Positions 1 through 11,480 of a stretch of 64,000 nucleotides of DNA are shown here, one piece after another. The DNA comes from the human T2T-CHM13v2.0 reference genome, Homo sapiens. The position numbers were made by a program, and so were the translations under genes. Under the pieces are notes generated by a model. That model had not been told where the DNA came from. It worked only from the letters and a program-made list of their open reading frames with translations, and did no database searches. The stretch lies in NCBI RefSeq assembly GCF_009914755.1, contig NC_060925.1. One strand, given 5' to 3'. Each line of letters begins with the position of its first letter. The first letter of the stretch is position 1.

Positions 1-127
1 ATTTTTCATTTTTATCTTTTAACTTCACATTTCCACAAACTTTTTGAAGTCTTCTCATCCAGGGAGGTTTCTCAAAGTATGTTTGAAAAACATCCCTATA
101 GGGGAATGTAAGGGAAAGGGGTTGCTT

Positions 128-549
128 TGTGTTGCAGAATAGCAGACTGAGACTGGTTATTTATGAACAACACAAATTTATTTGGCTCACAGTTCTGGAG
201 GCTGGGAAATCCAAGAACATGGCACCAGGATCAGAATAGCAGACTGAGACTGGTTATTTATGAACAACCAAAGTTTATTTGGCTCACAGTTATGGAGGCT
301 GGGAAATCCAAGAGCACGGCACCAGGATCTGGCAAGGGCCTTTGTGCCGTGTCATCCCATGGCAGAAGGTGGAAGGGCAAGAGAGTATGAAAGCAAGAGA
401 GCAAGAGGAGGCAGACTCATTTTTATAACAAAGGCACTCTCATGATAATAATCTAATCAGCTCTTATTAGGCCCCACCTCCTAACACTGTTGCATTAGAG
501 TTTAAGCTTCCAACACATGAACTTTGGGGGACACATAGTAACTATAGAA
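128..549 (-). mobile_element. MaLR LTR (MSTC/MSTD-like)
   Basis: tttatttggctcacagttctggaggctgggaa.tccaaga and ttccaacacatgaactttgggggacaca are MST LTR hallmarks in reverse orientation. Confidence 0.85.
135..328. repeat. 97-bp tandem duplication (2 copies)
   Basis: 135-231 and 232-328 both run cagaatagcagactgagactgg...ggcaccaggat with only a few substitutions. Confidence 0.95.
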
Positions 550-822
550 GGGATATACAATGAAATATGTTTAGGAAATGCTGGGTTAAAGAAAGCCAGA
601 CAGGTTTCTTAGCTGCAGGAGATTTCAGTGCTCCTAATATGCTAACATGCACTGTGCCTCTGTAAAGGCAGGGGAATAAAATTCAAGTTTTCTTAAATGT
701 ATTTACCCAAAAATATTTTTTCTCCTTTGGTCCCCACTCAAGAGGATTTTGAGAGTTTAGTATTCAGCTGAACACAGTCAGAGAAATACTGATATACCAC
801 GACTCATGTTTGTACTGGCAAC

Positions 823-1190
823 TGTAGTGGACACCATCTGTTTTTGGCAGCCATTGGCTCTCCTTGCAGAAACAGCCCTCCCCAATTTTTTTAGTACATG
901 TGATGTAGTTGGGAGTTTATTCCTCAACTTCAGCAGTGAGCACATAAGCCATGCTAAGCCACTCATGACATTGCATCCCCTGGGCCACAATAACTGGTTT
1001 GAGGATAGGCACATAGTTTGATCACAGCCATGGAGATGCTATGGGACTTTGAAGGGAATTCTGGATAAGAGACAGTTTGACTCAAAAGCAAAGGATGTGA
1101 GGCTTGGAGCTGTGGCAGCCATTTTTCCAACACCTGGAGCTCAAGAAGTCAACCTGGAAGAGAACAGGGCTGTGAGGTGAAGATAAACTG
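823..1190 (+). mobile_element. Old ERVL-class LTR (LTR33-like)
   Basis: Starts tgtagtggacacc; contains ggagctgtggcagccatttt typical of old ERVL/MaLR LTRs. Confidence 0.45.
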
Positions 1191-3600
1191 GATCTGTCTT
1201 TTGAAAAGATCGGTTTGGGTGCTGTGTGGAAATTAGTATTGGTAGAGGGATCTGGCATTGAGACCAGTTAGTCAGCAAGTAGTGGGACGAGATGAGAATG
1301 GCTTGAATTAGAGAATAGGCAGTAGAAATGGTGAGGGCTCTTTAGGAGGTAATAATCACTTGGGGAATGATTGGAGGGGATGAAGAAGCAGGAGAGAAAA
1401 ATGATGGCTTCCAGGTTTCTGACTTGCAAAACCGAAGAGATGGTGGTGACATCTGAAAGAGGACCAGGTTTGTTTTGGGAAAATGGAGTGGGAGGGAAGT
1501 CATGAGTTCATTTTGGTTGTATTTGATTTCAAGAGTGGTTGGGAACTCTTAAGTGTTGAGTAGGATTTTGACTTGAGGTCAGAGGAGAGCCTTGGATTGG
1601 CAATATCAATTGGGGAGACCTTGTCTTACGGAGGGTAGTGAGTTACCCATGACAATGCTACCCAAATGTATGTCTGGGACAGGAGGATAAAACTTCAAAG
1701 GAAACTGGTAAAGGAACCCTCAGAGAGGTAGAAGGGACAGAATGTTTAAAGTAGGAAGGAAAGGTCAACTTGCTGAGAATTAGAAGAGGATTGGAAAGTG
1801 TCCTTTGTGTTAAGAGATAAGAAGAACACTAGTACTTTTAGCCAGAGCTGTTCGGTAGAATAAAGGGCAAAAGTCAGATTATTGGGTGGAGGAAGGAGCA
1901 GGGAGGAGAGGAAGCAATCAGAGCAATAATAATAATAGCAAACAATGGCAAATAGGAAGTGAACACTTACTATGGGCAGGCCCTGTTCTAAGTGCTTTAT
2001 GTATATTAACTCCCTTAACCCTCACAATGATTCTTTGAGGTAGGTACATGTGTTTACATTTTATAGACAAGAGGAAACAGAAGATCAGAGAGGTTATGTG
2101 ATTTGCCTGATGTCACACAGCTGCTGAGAAATGGAACTGGAATTCAAAAGCAGGCAGTCTGGCTCCAGGGCCCATATTCCTAGCCAATAACTTATACCAA
2201 GGGATTACATGGTGACAACTCTTTCAGGCAGTTTGGCAGTGAAGGAGAGGAGAGGAGAGAAGAGGGGGAGAGGAGAGGAGAGAGACCTGTAACTGGAGAC
2301 CTGTAGCCAAGGAGGTTTATCCTAAGATGGGAGAGACATAAATGTTTAAATATCAACAAGAAAGATCCTTTTCAGATGAAGTGGATGGATACAGAGGAGA
2401 GAGAAGAAACAATGAATAATGTGGGGTGGGAGACAATGGGGTTCAAAACACAGGAGGAGCTAGGAGGAAGGACCCCTCCTCTCATGCAGGGCTAGGGGAG
2501 AGAATGGGTGGTGATGTAGGTAGATTTGTAGGAGAGTTACTTTCTGATCAATTCCATTTTATCTGGGAAGGGGTGAGGTCACCTGATGAGCGTGAGAGGG
2601 CAGGAGTAAAGCATATGAGGTTTGAAGAGTCTGGGAATGTTTGAAAGTCATGGAAGGCAAAAGAGGAAGCTGGTGAAAAAACGTTGGAGAATCACAGGAA
2701 GCCAGTGATCATGAATTTTGTCGGTTTGTGTGCAGCACAAGACAGCAAAGGGTTGGGTTCATTGAAGATTGGGGTTTTGATAAACAGGTAGAGAAGAGAA
2801 AGTGGTGGGGGAGAATTTGGAGTACTGGTAGGAGCGTTAGTAAAATGATGGACCACAGAGTCTATGCCAAGATAAAAGGAGAAGCAGAGGAAGACAGCTG
2901 ATAGGTTGAGAGAAAGATGAAAAGGTTGATGAAAGTCTTGAGGAAGCTAAAGAAGGACCATGATGCAAGATTTAAAGAAGTAGAGTAGATTGGTCAGAGA
3001 GCAGGACGCTTGAGTTAGTGATGCTGGGGGCTGCAGTTTGGGGTCATGGCAAGGCTTGTGATGAGACAGGGAATGAGTGGCTGGGGGAAGTGGGAGAGAG
3101 GGTTATTGGAGATGAGATTGAGGACCTGAGAAGCCTACGTGTTGCATGGATAGTTCCTGTGGATGTCGAATTCACCCAAGATAAAGGCACAAAGTAAAAA
3201 AGCCAAAAGTATGAAATAAAATCTTAAAGTGAAAAAGAAGACCTCAGCCAGGTGCCAAAGGCTTCTGGGGGCTGATCATGATATCAACAATAATGTCTAC
3301 CACAATGAGGCAAGGAGAAAGGGTAGAGCTGAATGGCACGGCCCTCAAAGGTGCACTGTTTTCTAGGCCAAAGAGGAGCAATGGAGAGTAAGATGGATAC
3401 CAACCCCACCTCTGATTCTTACAGAGTAAATGAGCAGACAGCAGCATCTCTGGGGGGCTGCAGGGGAGGAAGTGTCTTCAAGAAAGACCCTGGTTCCAGT
3501 TAAGGCAGGAGATGGAGGGAACCCTTAGGGAAGACTCTCTGAATTTCCAGCTCCAGGTAGAGTTTAGGGGTTGAGAGGGGGAGTGGAGAAGTGGGACAAG
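1190..3600 (-). mobile_element. Long LINE2 remnant reaching the endonuclease region, interrupted by a MIR
   Basis: Purine-rich antisense L2 motifs (ccaggtttctgacttg, gacaactctttcag); minus strand 3182-3156 translates ILGEFDIHR, similar to the APE GDFN motif. Confidence 0.75.
1950..2195 (-). mobile_element. MIR SINE
   Basis: cacttactatg...ttctaagtgcttta...gaggaaacag...gtcacacagct...ggcagtctggctccag. Confidence 0.85.
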
Positions 3601-3984
3601 GACATAACACAACAGCATTATGAAGCTGGTGCGTGTGGAGGAAGACTAATGGCCCATGGACTCATGCTCTGAGCATTGACGCGGGGTCATGGGCATGGGA
3701 GGCTGGCTTCAATGGTCTCTCGAAGATGATTGCCTCCAGGTTGTACAGTCAGGGGACCTGGTTCACTCAGCTTGGGGCCCAGCCACAATGCTAGCCCTTG
3801 GAGCCCTTCAGGGCATTGGTCATCTGGCACTGAGCAGGCTGTTCCATTTAGGTAGGGCATGAGGGTTTCAGTTCACCACAGCCCCCACGTCTCTACTGTA
3901 CACAACTAGCTTGATTTTTTGTTTTCTGCTAGGTCCCATTTCTATCATCCCCATTTTTGTATTTGACTCCTGATTGCGAGTTTA

Positions 3985-4200
3985 AACTCTGGATTCAGAC
4001 AATCTTGAACCTGAATTTTAGCTAGCCACTTAAGAGCCACGGGAGCCCAGGCAAACTCTGTGCCTCGGTTTTCTCATCAGTGAAATGGGGGCTGAAAGAG
4101 CACCTATCTCATAGATTGTTGTGAGGATTAAATTAAATGATGCAAACAAAGTGTTTAGCACAGTACCTGGTATATAGTGAGTGCTCAATAACAAGTAATA
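3985..4200 (+). mobile_element. MIR SINE
   Basis: ctctgtgcctcggttttctcatcagtgaaatgggg...gttgtgaggattaaat...gtgctcaataa. Confidence 0.85.
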
Positions 4201-4202
4201 CA

Positions 4203-4450
4203 CATTTATTGAGCACTTACTATGTGCCAGTTTCTCTTCTAAGACTTCCCATGTAATGACTGACTGATGTAATTCTCTTAACAATTCTATGAGGTGAATA
4301 CTATTATGTTATTTCATCATTTCCATTTGACAGATGAGGAAACTGTTGCATAGAGAGGGGAAGGAGTTTTTTTCAAGGTGAAACAACCATTAAGTAGTGA
4401 AACCGGTCAAACCCAGGCATTTTGAAGCTCCACTCTTAAACCATCATGCC
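4203..4450 (-). mobile_element. MIR SINE, tail-to-tail with the previous copy
   Basis: atttattgagcacttactatgtgccag...cagatgaggaaactg. Confidence 0.85.
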
Positions 4451-5203
4451 ATATAGCCTCTCACTGTGATACAAATGTCACTATTAATAACTATTATCAC
4501 ACAATTATTGTATAATTTTGCAAAAATTATATTGCAAAGTTTAATTAACCAAAACTTGGAACTGGTGCCCATACTAGGTTGGCAGTAGCATGCAGACCCT
4601 GACACTTCCTGGACACGCTCAGCCTGCCTTTCTCTGTCCACTGGTCTGAGCCCCTCTGTCTCCCAGATGGCTCAGTTTGGGATATCTGGCTCTCCAGGAA
4701 GCCGCTGGCTGTCTGACCCAGGTTTTCTGTCCATTCAGCCGAATCTCCATCAGAGGTACAACCCCCTCTTGATATGGCCTAGGGTAGGGGTGCTTAATTA
4801 CACGAACTTCAGAGTCTGCCCTAGTTTGCCTCTTTCCTCCTCTCTCAATGTTCCTATTTGCACAACAAAGTCACTTTCTGTCCTTTGGGGTCCCCGTGAG
4901 ACTCTTCTGGCCACTCGTCGCTGTAGTCCGTACCCTCTCTCCCAGATCTCTGCATGATTTTCTTAATGTGTCCACAATCCCCTGTTCTCCAGGGTCCTGA
5001 GTGAGAGCTGGGGATGTCAGGTTTGGGGAGGATGAGGGGGTTTCTCAGGGATCCTGGTCAGCAGGGTCTTGGAGGCCCCAGTTACTTAGAAAGAATTCCC
5101 CAGCATCAGATAAAGATTCCAGGGACCAAATGAGTACTGGGAGCCCTGGCCCAAACCCTGGCTGGCCACCCGACAGGCTTCCTAGAAAGCAGCTCACTGT
5201 GCA

Positions 5204-5249
5204 GTGGGTGCCGAGTGGGTGCTGTGGGTGCCGTGGGTGCCATGGGTGC
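5204..5249. repeat. 9-bp tandem repeat (GTGGGTGCC)x5, degenerate
   Basis: gtgggtgccgagtgggtgctgtgggtgccgtgggtgccatgggtgc. Confidence 0.85.
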
Positions 5250-5454
5250 AGCTTCATCTTGGCGGCCCTGGAGCAGTAGTTCCTTGGCCACCCAGCCTCA
5301 CTGGCAGTGAGCCCCTGGAGGATGGAGCCCACAGCAGCCTTGTGGCCAGTGCATCACAATGTGGAGCACACAGTAGGGACCCCATAAATATTTGTCGAGT
5401 ATCCCATCCTGTCCTCTAGACTGGACAACTGAGCAGGAGATGATTAAAAAAAAT

Positions 5455-5710
5455 AAAAATACTAGCAGATACTTATATACCATTTACTACGAGCCAAGTA
5501 TTATTCTAAATGTCTTCCATATATTAATTAAGTGAATCCTCATAACCACCCTGGGAGGTGGGTACTAGTGTCATCCCCATTTTACAGATGAGGAAACTGC
5601 AACCCCATGAGCTTGGGTAACTCATCTATGGTGATACTGCTAAGAAGTGGCAGAGCTGGGACTTGAACCCCAATATTGTGGCTTCAGGGTCGAGGCTCTT
5701 AACCATAATA
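5455..5710 (-). mobile_element. MIR SINE
   Basis: atccccattttacagatgaggaaactg...gtggcagagctgggacttgaaccc. Confidence 0.85.
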
Positions 5711-6109
5711 TGTGCATCCTGCTCTTTCTGAACCCTGTCACCAGATCACCAGAGATAAGAGCTCATGTCCAACAGCTTCAGCTAAAAGGGAGGTATTGGC
5801 TCTGTGCTTGGAAGGTTTGGGGGGGCCTGGCCCTAGGGTTCTGGGGGTCCAGGTGATGTCAATAGACCAGCCATTCATGCAGCCTCTCTCTGTCTCTGCT
5901 CTGCTTCCATCTGTAAGCCAGCTTGTGTCTGTTCCGTGACCACAGGGGCCAGCTCCCAGAACTGGCTGCCCCACCAGACCCACAGGTTGTGGAGAAGGGC
6001 CAGCTTGGCACAGGGAGGGGGTGTCACAACCAGAAGAAGGGGGCAGAGGTGCCAGGCAGACAAAGATAACAGATGGAGACTTCGAGCTCCTGCCCCTGCA
6101 GGGGGTTTA

Positions 6110-6255
6110 TACCTTTTAATAGCCCTCACTACAACCTAGAAGCTCCCATTTATAAATGAGGAAACGGAGGCACAAAGTAACTTGTCAAGGGTCCCACAGC
6201 TTGAAGTGGCACCAGCGGCATGCAAGCCCAGGGCTGCCTGATTCTGGACTCCATG
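6110..6255 (-). mobile_element. MIR fragment
   Basis: cccatttataaatgaggaaacggaggcacaaagtaacttgtcaagg. Confidence 0.65.
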
Positions 6256-8096
6256 CTGCCTGGAGCTTCTCAGACGGAGGCCCTGGGGGTCATATTGCAT
6301 GGCTCACCTTGGCTTCCCCAAGACCTCAGGGCAGTTCTGTGGTTAGAGGACACAGGCCGAGAGGCACCTGGAGGGAGGGAGGCCAGGCCTCACCAGGGCC
6401 AGTGGCCAGGCTGGAGGGAATCACTGGTTGAATGGTGCTCAGGGTCCTGGAGCTGGTGGAGGTGGGTTCCCTGCCCTCCCCTGGCCCTGCATGGCCCCCA
6501 GGGCTGTGAGTCTGGGGACTGGGCACCTCCCCTGGGCCTCTGGCAGGGAGCGAGCAGTGCCTGAGGCAGGAGGCAGGCAGGCATGGCGCGGTCCCTGCCC
6601 ATCTGGGGAGTGCTTGGTGGCTGGCTGGAACTGAGCAGTGGACGGCGTTTGGACTCAGCAGCGTGAGCCCAGCTCGGAGGCTGCGAGGCAGAGCCGTGAA
6701 CGCCAACAGTCTGGAGGCAGGCTCCGGAGGGAGACAGGCTCGGGCCCATTCGCTGAGCTTGGTTCCCACGACAGCTCAGCAGACAGATGGACCTGGGAAT
6801 CCTCACTGCCTGGCCAGGAGGGCGCACACATGAATGGAAATGCAGGCACCCCGGTGGGGAGGGACAGGCTGGAGGTTCCCAGGGAGGGCCAGGGGGGCGA
6901 GCCAAGGAGCAGGAGCTATGGCCTGGGCTAAGCGGTTAGATAAACCAGTTGGGTGTGCTGTGCTTCTTGGTTAGACTGATCCCTGGGCCTCGGCCCAGGT
7001 ATAGCCCTGACCTTGACCTCAGGCTTTGCCTTGATTCCAGCCTCAATCTGAATCCTGAACTGGAACCCAGACTGAGCTGTGACTCTGGCCTCTGCTCAAC
7101 TGGGCCGGGACCTTGGTCTTAGACTGAGCAGACTGAGCCCTGACCATGACCCCAGATTGAGCCCTGATCATCAAATCCATTTGCCTATGTCCTTCTCTGA
7201 AAGCAGCCCAGAGCCGACTGCCCACAATACTCACCAGTAGGGGTGGGTAAAAGGTGAGGGCCGGGCCCAGGTGGTACTGACAGCCTCTGGATGGCACAGG
7301 AGAGCAAGAGCAGAATTGACTTAGAGTGGTGGTGGGGTCGAAGGGTGGCATAACTGACCAGGAAGAGAAGACTCGCCTGCTGGGATGGAGACCAGAGGGC
7401 AGTGTCCCCTGCCCACCTTGAGCAGGTCCAAAATTCAGGCTGAGGAGGACAGAGCCCAGGTGGGTGGGCTTATGGGGTCCCAGGAGGCAGGAGGCAGGAG
7501 GCACTTGAGAATGAAGCAGGAAAGGCAGGACTGCCCGCCGGAGCCAGGGAGAGGACAGTGCGAGTGCAGTTGTGACCAGAGCTGGGGCCTGGGGAGGAAC
7601 CCTCTTCCCAGGACCAGAGTCACCTGGAGCTCGGAAATCAGCAGCACCTAAGAAAGACAGGCAGGCAGAGGCCCAGCAAGGAGATGAACGCAGATCATTT
7701 GGGAATGAGCCAGCCAGGAATGACTTTGGTTAGGGGCTGGTGGTGATGATGGAAGGTGTGGAGTATTAGAGGGCACTCCCTGTTCTTGGTACTTCCAACT
7801 ATGATCTGATCTAGTCCTCCTAACAGTTTAGTGAGATCTTGCAGCAGCGGCCCTGGATGCCCCAGTCTCCAACTTCCCCTGGGCACTCACTGCCCCATAC
7901 CTGCCATGACTCTTCCTTAGGGTTCCTCTGGCTGCCAGAGTGTGCTTCCCTGGCACTGGAAGTGTATGTGTAGGGGGGTAGGTGTTAGGGCCCCTGGGAA
8001 CAGTCAGCAATGGACTGGGGTGGAAGCATAAAGAGTCCAGCTTCCTCTCCTTCAAAGGAGACAGCTCTGAGGTCAGTTCTACGCTATGTCCTAGAC

Positions 8097-8320
8097 CAGA
8101 GGCTGGGGAAGTTTGTTGGCAAAGGGCCAGAGAGTCAATATTTTAGGCTTGGAGGACCATATGGTGTCTGTTGCAACCATTTAACTCTGTCATTGTGGCA
8201 GAAAATCAGCCACAGATAATACAGACATGAGTGGGCATGGCTGTGTTCCAATAAAACTTTATTTACAAATTCAGGAGGCAGGCCTGATTTGGCCTGTGGG
8301 CTGTAGTTTGCCAACCCTTG
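8097..8320 (+). mobile_element. MER58A hAT-Charlie MITE
   Basis: aagggccagagagtcaatattttaggct...ggctgtgttccaataaaactttatttaca...gtagtttgccaaccc. Confidence 0.85.
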
Positions 8321-8379
8321 AGATGGCCCCAGTAGGCCTGGGTCCAGCGTGGTCACCAGCTCATTCACGCGCCTTTCAT

Positions 8380-8508
8380 TGCTCTCCTCCCCTTCCCAGT
8401 CTCACCTCTCCACTCCCTACTGGAACTTCCAGGATCTCTTCTTAAATAAATGACTTGATCTTGAATTCTTGTCTCTAGGTCTGCTTCAGGGGACCCCCAA
8501 TCTAAGAC
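8380..8508 (+). mobile_element. 3' fragment of an LTR16-like ERVL LTR
   Basis: aaataaatgacttga...tctctaggtctgcttcagggga.cccc.aatctaagaca. Confidence 0.55.
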
Positions 8509-8914
8509 AGATATCCCCAATTTCACATGAAGAGACTGAGGCAGCTGGAGGCAAAGCAGCTTGTACAAGACCCCACAAGAAGAGGAGGAGTTGCTTTCTT
8601 GAACTGCTGTGGTTTTACCCACAGTCACCGGACCGTGCTGCCGCCCTGGTGGGAGGATGTGTCTGCCTGCACAGGTTGAACAATCTCAAGACACCTTGCT
8701 GGAATTGGCAGAACATTGAGCTCATTCGGTCACTACCAGGGCTATCAGGCACAGAGGATGAGGCAGTCCTGCCCTGCCCTCTAGAACCGAAAGTCTGGAC
8801 AGGGAGTGGCAGTTAAATGTGGGGCAGAATGAGATCAATGTCTCCAAGGGGTAACCCTGTCATCCTCTCCCTTGGATCTTCTCTGGGAGAGCTGCAGGAC
8901 ATGAGCGATCACTC

Positions 8915-9290
8915 TTTCTTTTCAGATGGGTAAACTGAGGCTCAGAGAGGAGATGGACTTGCCCCAGGCCACACGGCTTATACCTGGCAGAACTGAGTCT
9001 GTCCCAGGGCTCTTTGAGCACCTGGGGATGCAGAAGCTGGCGGGGTGGGAGGTGGCGGGGACTGTGGAAGGCTTCGTGGCTCTCATGGGCACTCCAGCTC
9101 ACTGTCTTTACTGCCACAGCCACTGCTTCTACATTTGCTATCTCATTGGATCATGGCGCCTTGAACAAAAGTGTCCTTACTCATTATCTAATTGAACTCC
9201 CATTTTACAGGTGGGAAAATTAAGACCCAGAGAAGGAACTTCCCAGAGAGCTATCCAGTGAGCCAAGTCAGAGTTAGGAGCAGGAGCCTC
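8915..9290 (-). mobile_element. Two MIR core fragments
   Basis: cagatgggtaaactgaggctcagaga (about 8923) and cccattttacaggtgggaaaatt (about 9199). Confidence 0.65.
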
Positions 9291-9934
9291 AAATTCCCAG
9301 GAAAGCAGCACGGTCCTCGAGTTCCCCCAAAAGCCAGACGGCATCTTTGACACCTGACTCCCAGGGGCCAGTCCTGGAGAGGACACCTGGCCTGGAGCCA
9401 ACCTTCCTCTCCTCGCTGCCAAAGCTCTGCTCTCTGGGTTCTGGCACTGTCTGAAAATTCCTCCGTTGGTCTGCTCTCGGCAGAGCATAGATTATCACTC
9501 TTGTGCTAATTATTTTTATGATTAAAAGATGATAAATTATTAAACAAAGTCTGAAAAATGTGCCAAGATCTGCTCTGAGGCTGGGCCTGAGAAGTTGCCC
9601 CCTTGGCGTCCACGTTAATTAATAAATGAGACTCTCCGTGGAGAGGAGCCACAGCTGGTATATCTGGCAGCCAGGCAGGAGCTGGCGGAGGCCAGATGCC
9701 ATGCAGGTGGGGAGGAAGGGACTCCCTGGGAGTGCCCAGCCTGGGATTTGGTAACAGAGTCCCCTCCCTCTCTGCTCCCAGCCTAGGACTCAGCGGAGAG
9801 CCCCTTGGTACCATCCGAACATCTGGCCTCTGGAAGAGGCCTAGGATTTCAAGCTGAGAAGCTCCAGCTGATACTTTAATGCTGTTCCCCTCTCCAAATG
9901 CAGACTTGGGAGCACCCCAAGTGTCTAAAGGAAG

Positions 9935-10350
9935 GCCGGAGACCAGGATTCAAATCTCTGCGAGCCCATTTCTCCTTGGGTAACTTTTGGGTAGGTCACT
10001 CAATGAGACGCCAAGCCTCAGTTTCCTCATCTGTAAAATGGGTAGAAATGACATCTATTTTTGCAAGGGTATTGAGAGTGTTAAATAGGATAATGTCTAT
10101 CAAGAGCACTCAGCTCCCAGCAGATGGTCAAAAAATGTTAGTTGGGCTGACTTGAAGCTTGGGTTTTTTGCTGTGCTGCCATAACTAGCTGTGAAACATT
10201 GGTCAGGCAGATTTACCTTTCTGAGCCTCAGTTTCTTTATCTGTAAAATGGGAATGAGAACTCCCAAATCTTAGGATCAAAGGGAAAACTATATGTGAAG
10301 TGTCTAACAAAGAGTAAGTACTCAATTAATGGTGGCTATTTTATCATAAT
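9935..10350 (+). mobile_element. Two tandem MIRs
   Basis: gcctcagtttcctcatctgtaaaatggg and tgagcctcagtttctttatctgtaaaatggg cores. Confidence 0.8.
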
Positions 10351-10389
10351 TGTTTATTACAGCGCCAACACACTGAAGTTTCAACAAGT

Positions 10390-11480
10390 GGGTATTCCTC
10401 CTTCACCATGGGCACTTCTTCCTGCATCCTTTGCTGGTTCTCCTCCCTCCCCACCTTACTCCTTGCAGCGCCCTGGGCTCAGGCCTCCATGTCTTTCTTC
10501 CTTACACTCTCTCCCTTGTGAGCTCATCCATCTGTATGCTGATGGCTTCCACATTTCTAATGCTAGCCTCGACCCTCTTCCCAGAACTCCAGACTCCTAC
10601 AAGCAGTTGCCCATTCAAACTCTCCCCTTGGGTGTTTAATAGATATATCAGATCTAATATGTCTAATAATGCATCTCAAATGGAATTCCTCATCTTCCCC
10701 TCTGCAAACCTGTTCCCCACCGCCCCTACAGTCTTCCCCACTTGGTTAATGATGGCTCCATCCTTCTGGTGACACCTTGGAGTCATCCTTGATTCTGCTA
10801 TTTCTTTCACTTCAAATACCTAAACCATCAGGAAACCCGGACAGCTCCACCTTCCACCTCTGTTAGAACCTCAGCACCTAGCCATCCCCCATCACCTCCC
10901 CCACTCCCACCACCCTAGCATAAGGCACCATCACATCTTACCTGGACTCTTGCAGTAGCCTACTAATTGCTGTCCCTGCTGCGGTACTTGACCCCTATAG
11001 TAATGCTCTACATAGCTGCCAGGATGATCCCTTTAAAACACAAACACTAGACCCAGTCACACCTGCTTATAATCCTCCAAGAGGCAAAGTCTTTGCCAAG
11101 GCCACAAGGCCCTGTACTACCTGAACCTCCCCGCTTGCTAAGACCTCCCTCTCTTACTCTGTGCCAGCCACGCCTACCTTGGTGCTTTCCGTGAACACAC
11201 CAGGGGCACACTCCCACCTTGGATCTTCATACTGGCTGTTCACTCTTCTCATTCCTCACCTCCCTCAGACCTCTGCTCAGAGGTCACCTTTGCTGTGAGG
11301 CTTACCTTGACTGTCCCATTTAAAAGTGCACCCCGACATTCTGCATGGTGGCTTCCCTCTTCCATTGTGCATGTCCTCTTCTTACATACTGGAGTTTCTT
11401 GAGCCTTGTGTTTGCTGTCTTCTCCCTCCAGCATTATCCGTTTTGTGCCCTGCAGCATTCCCACAGCAACCAGCACAGCC
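10390..11480 (+). mobile_element. LINE2 3' region
   Basis: cagaactccagactc, cttggagtcatccttga, ctctgctcagaggtcacctt L2 motifs. Confidence 0.75.

Larger units (their letters stand above)
60..780. mobile_element. Old hAT-Charlie-type MER element split by an MST LTR
   Basis: Segment ggaaatgctgggttaaa...caggtttctt.gctgcagga...taatatgctaa resembles a Charlie-type MER; flanks on both sides of the LTR; subfamily uncertain. Confidence 0.45.

Noticed and set aside
4501-4550. AT-rich short palindromes (acaattattgt, tataattttgcaaaaattata)
   Set aside because: Expected in very AT-rich sequence; no further support
6156-7651. Cluster of overlapping 90-170 aa ORFs on both strands
   Set aside because: Stop-poor GC-rich sequence; no recognisable domain or exon structure
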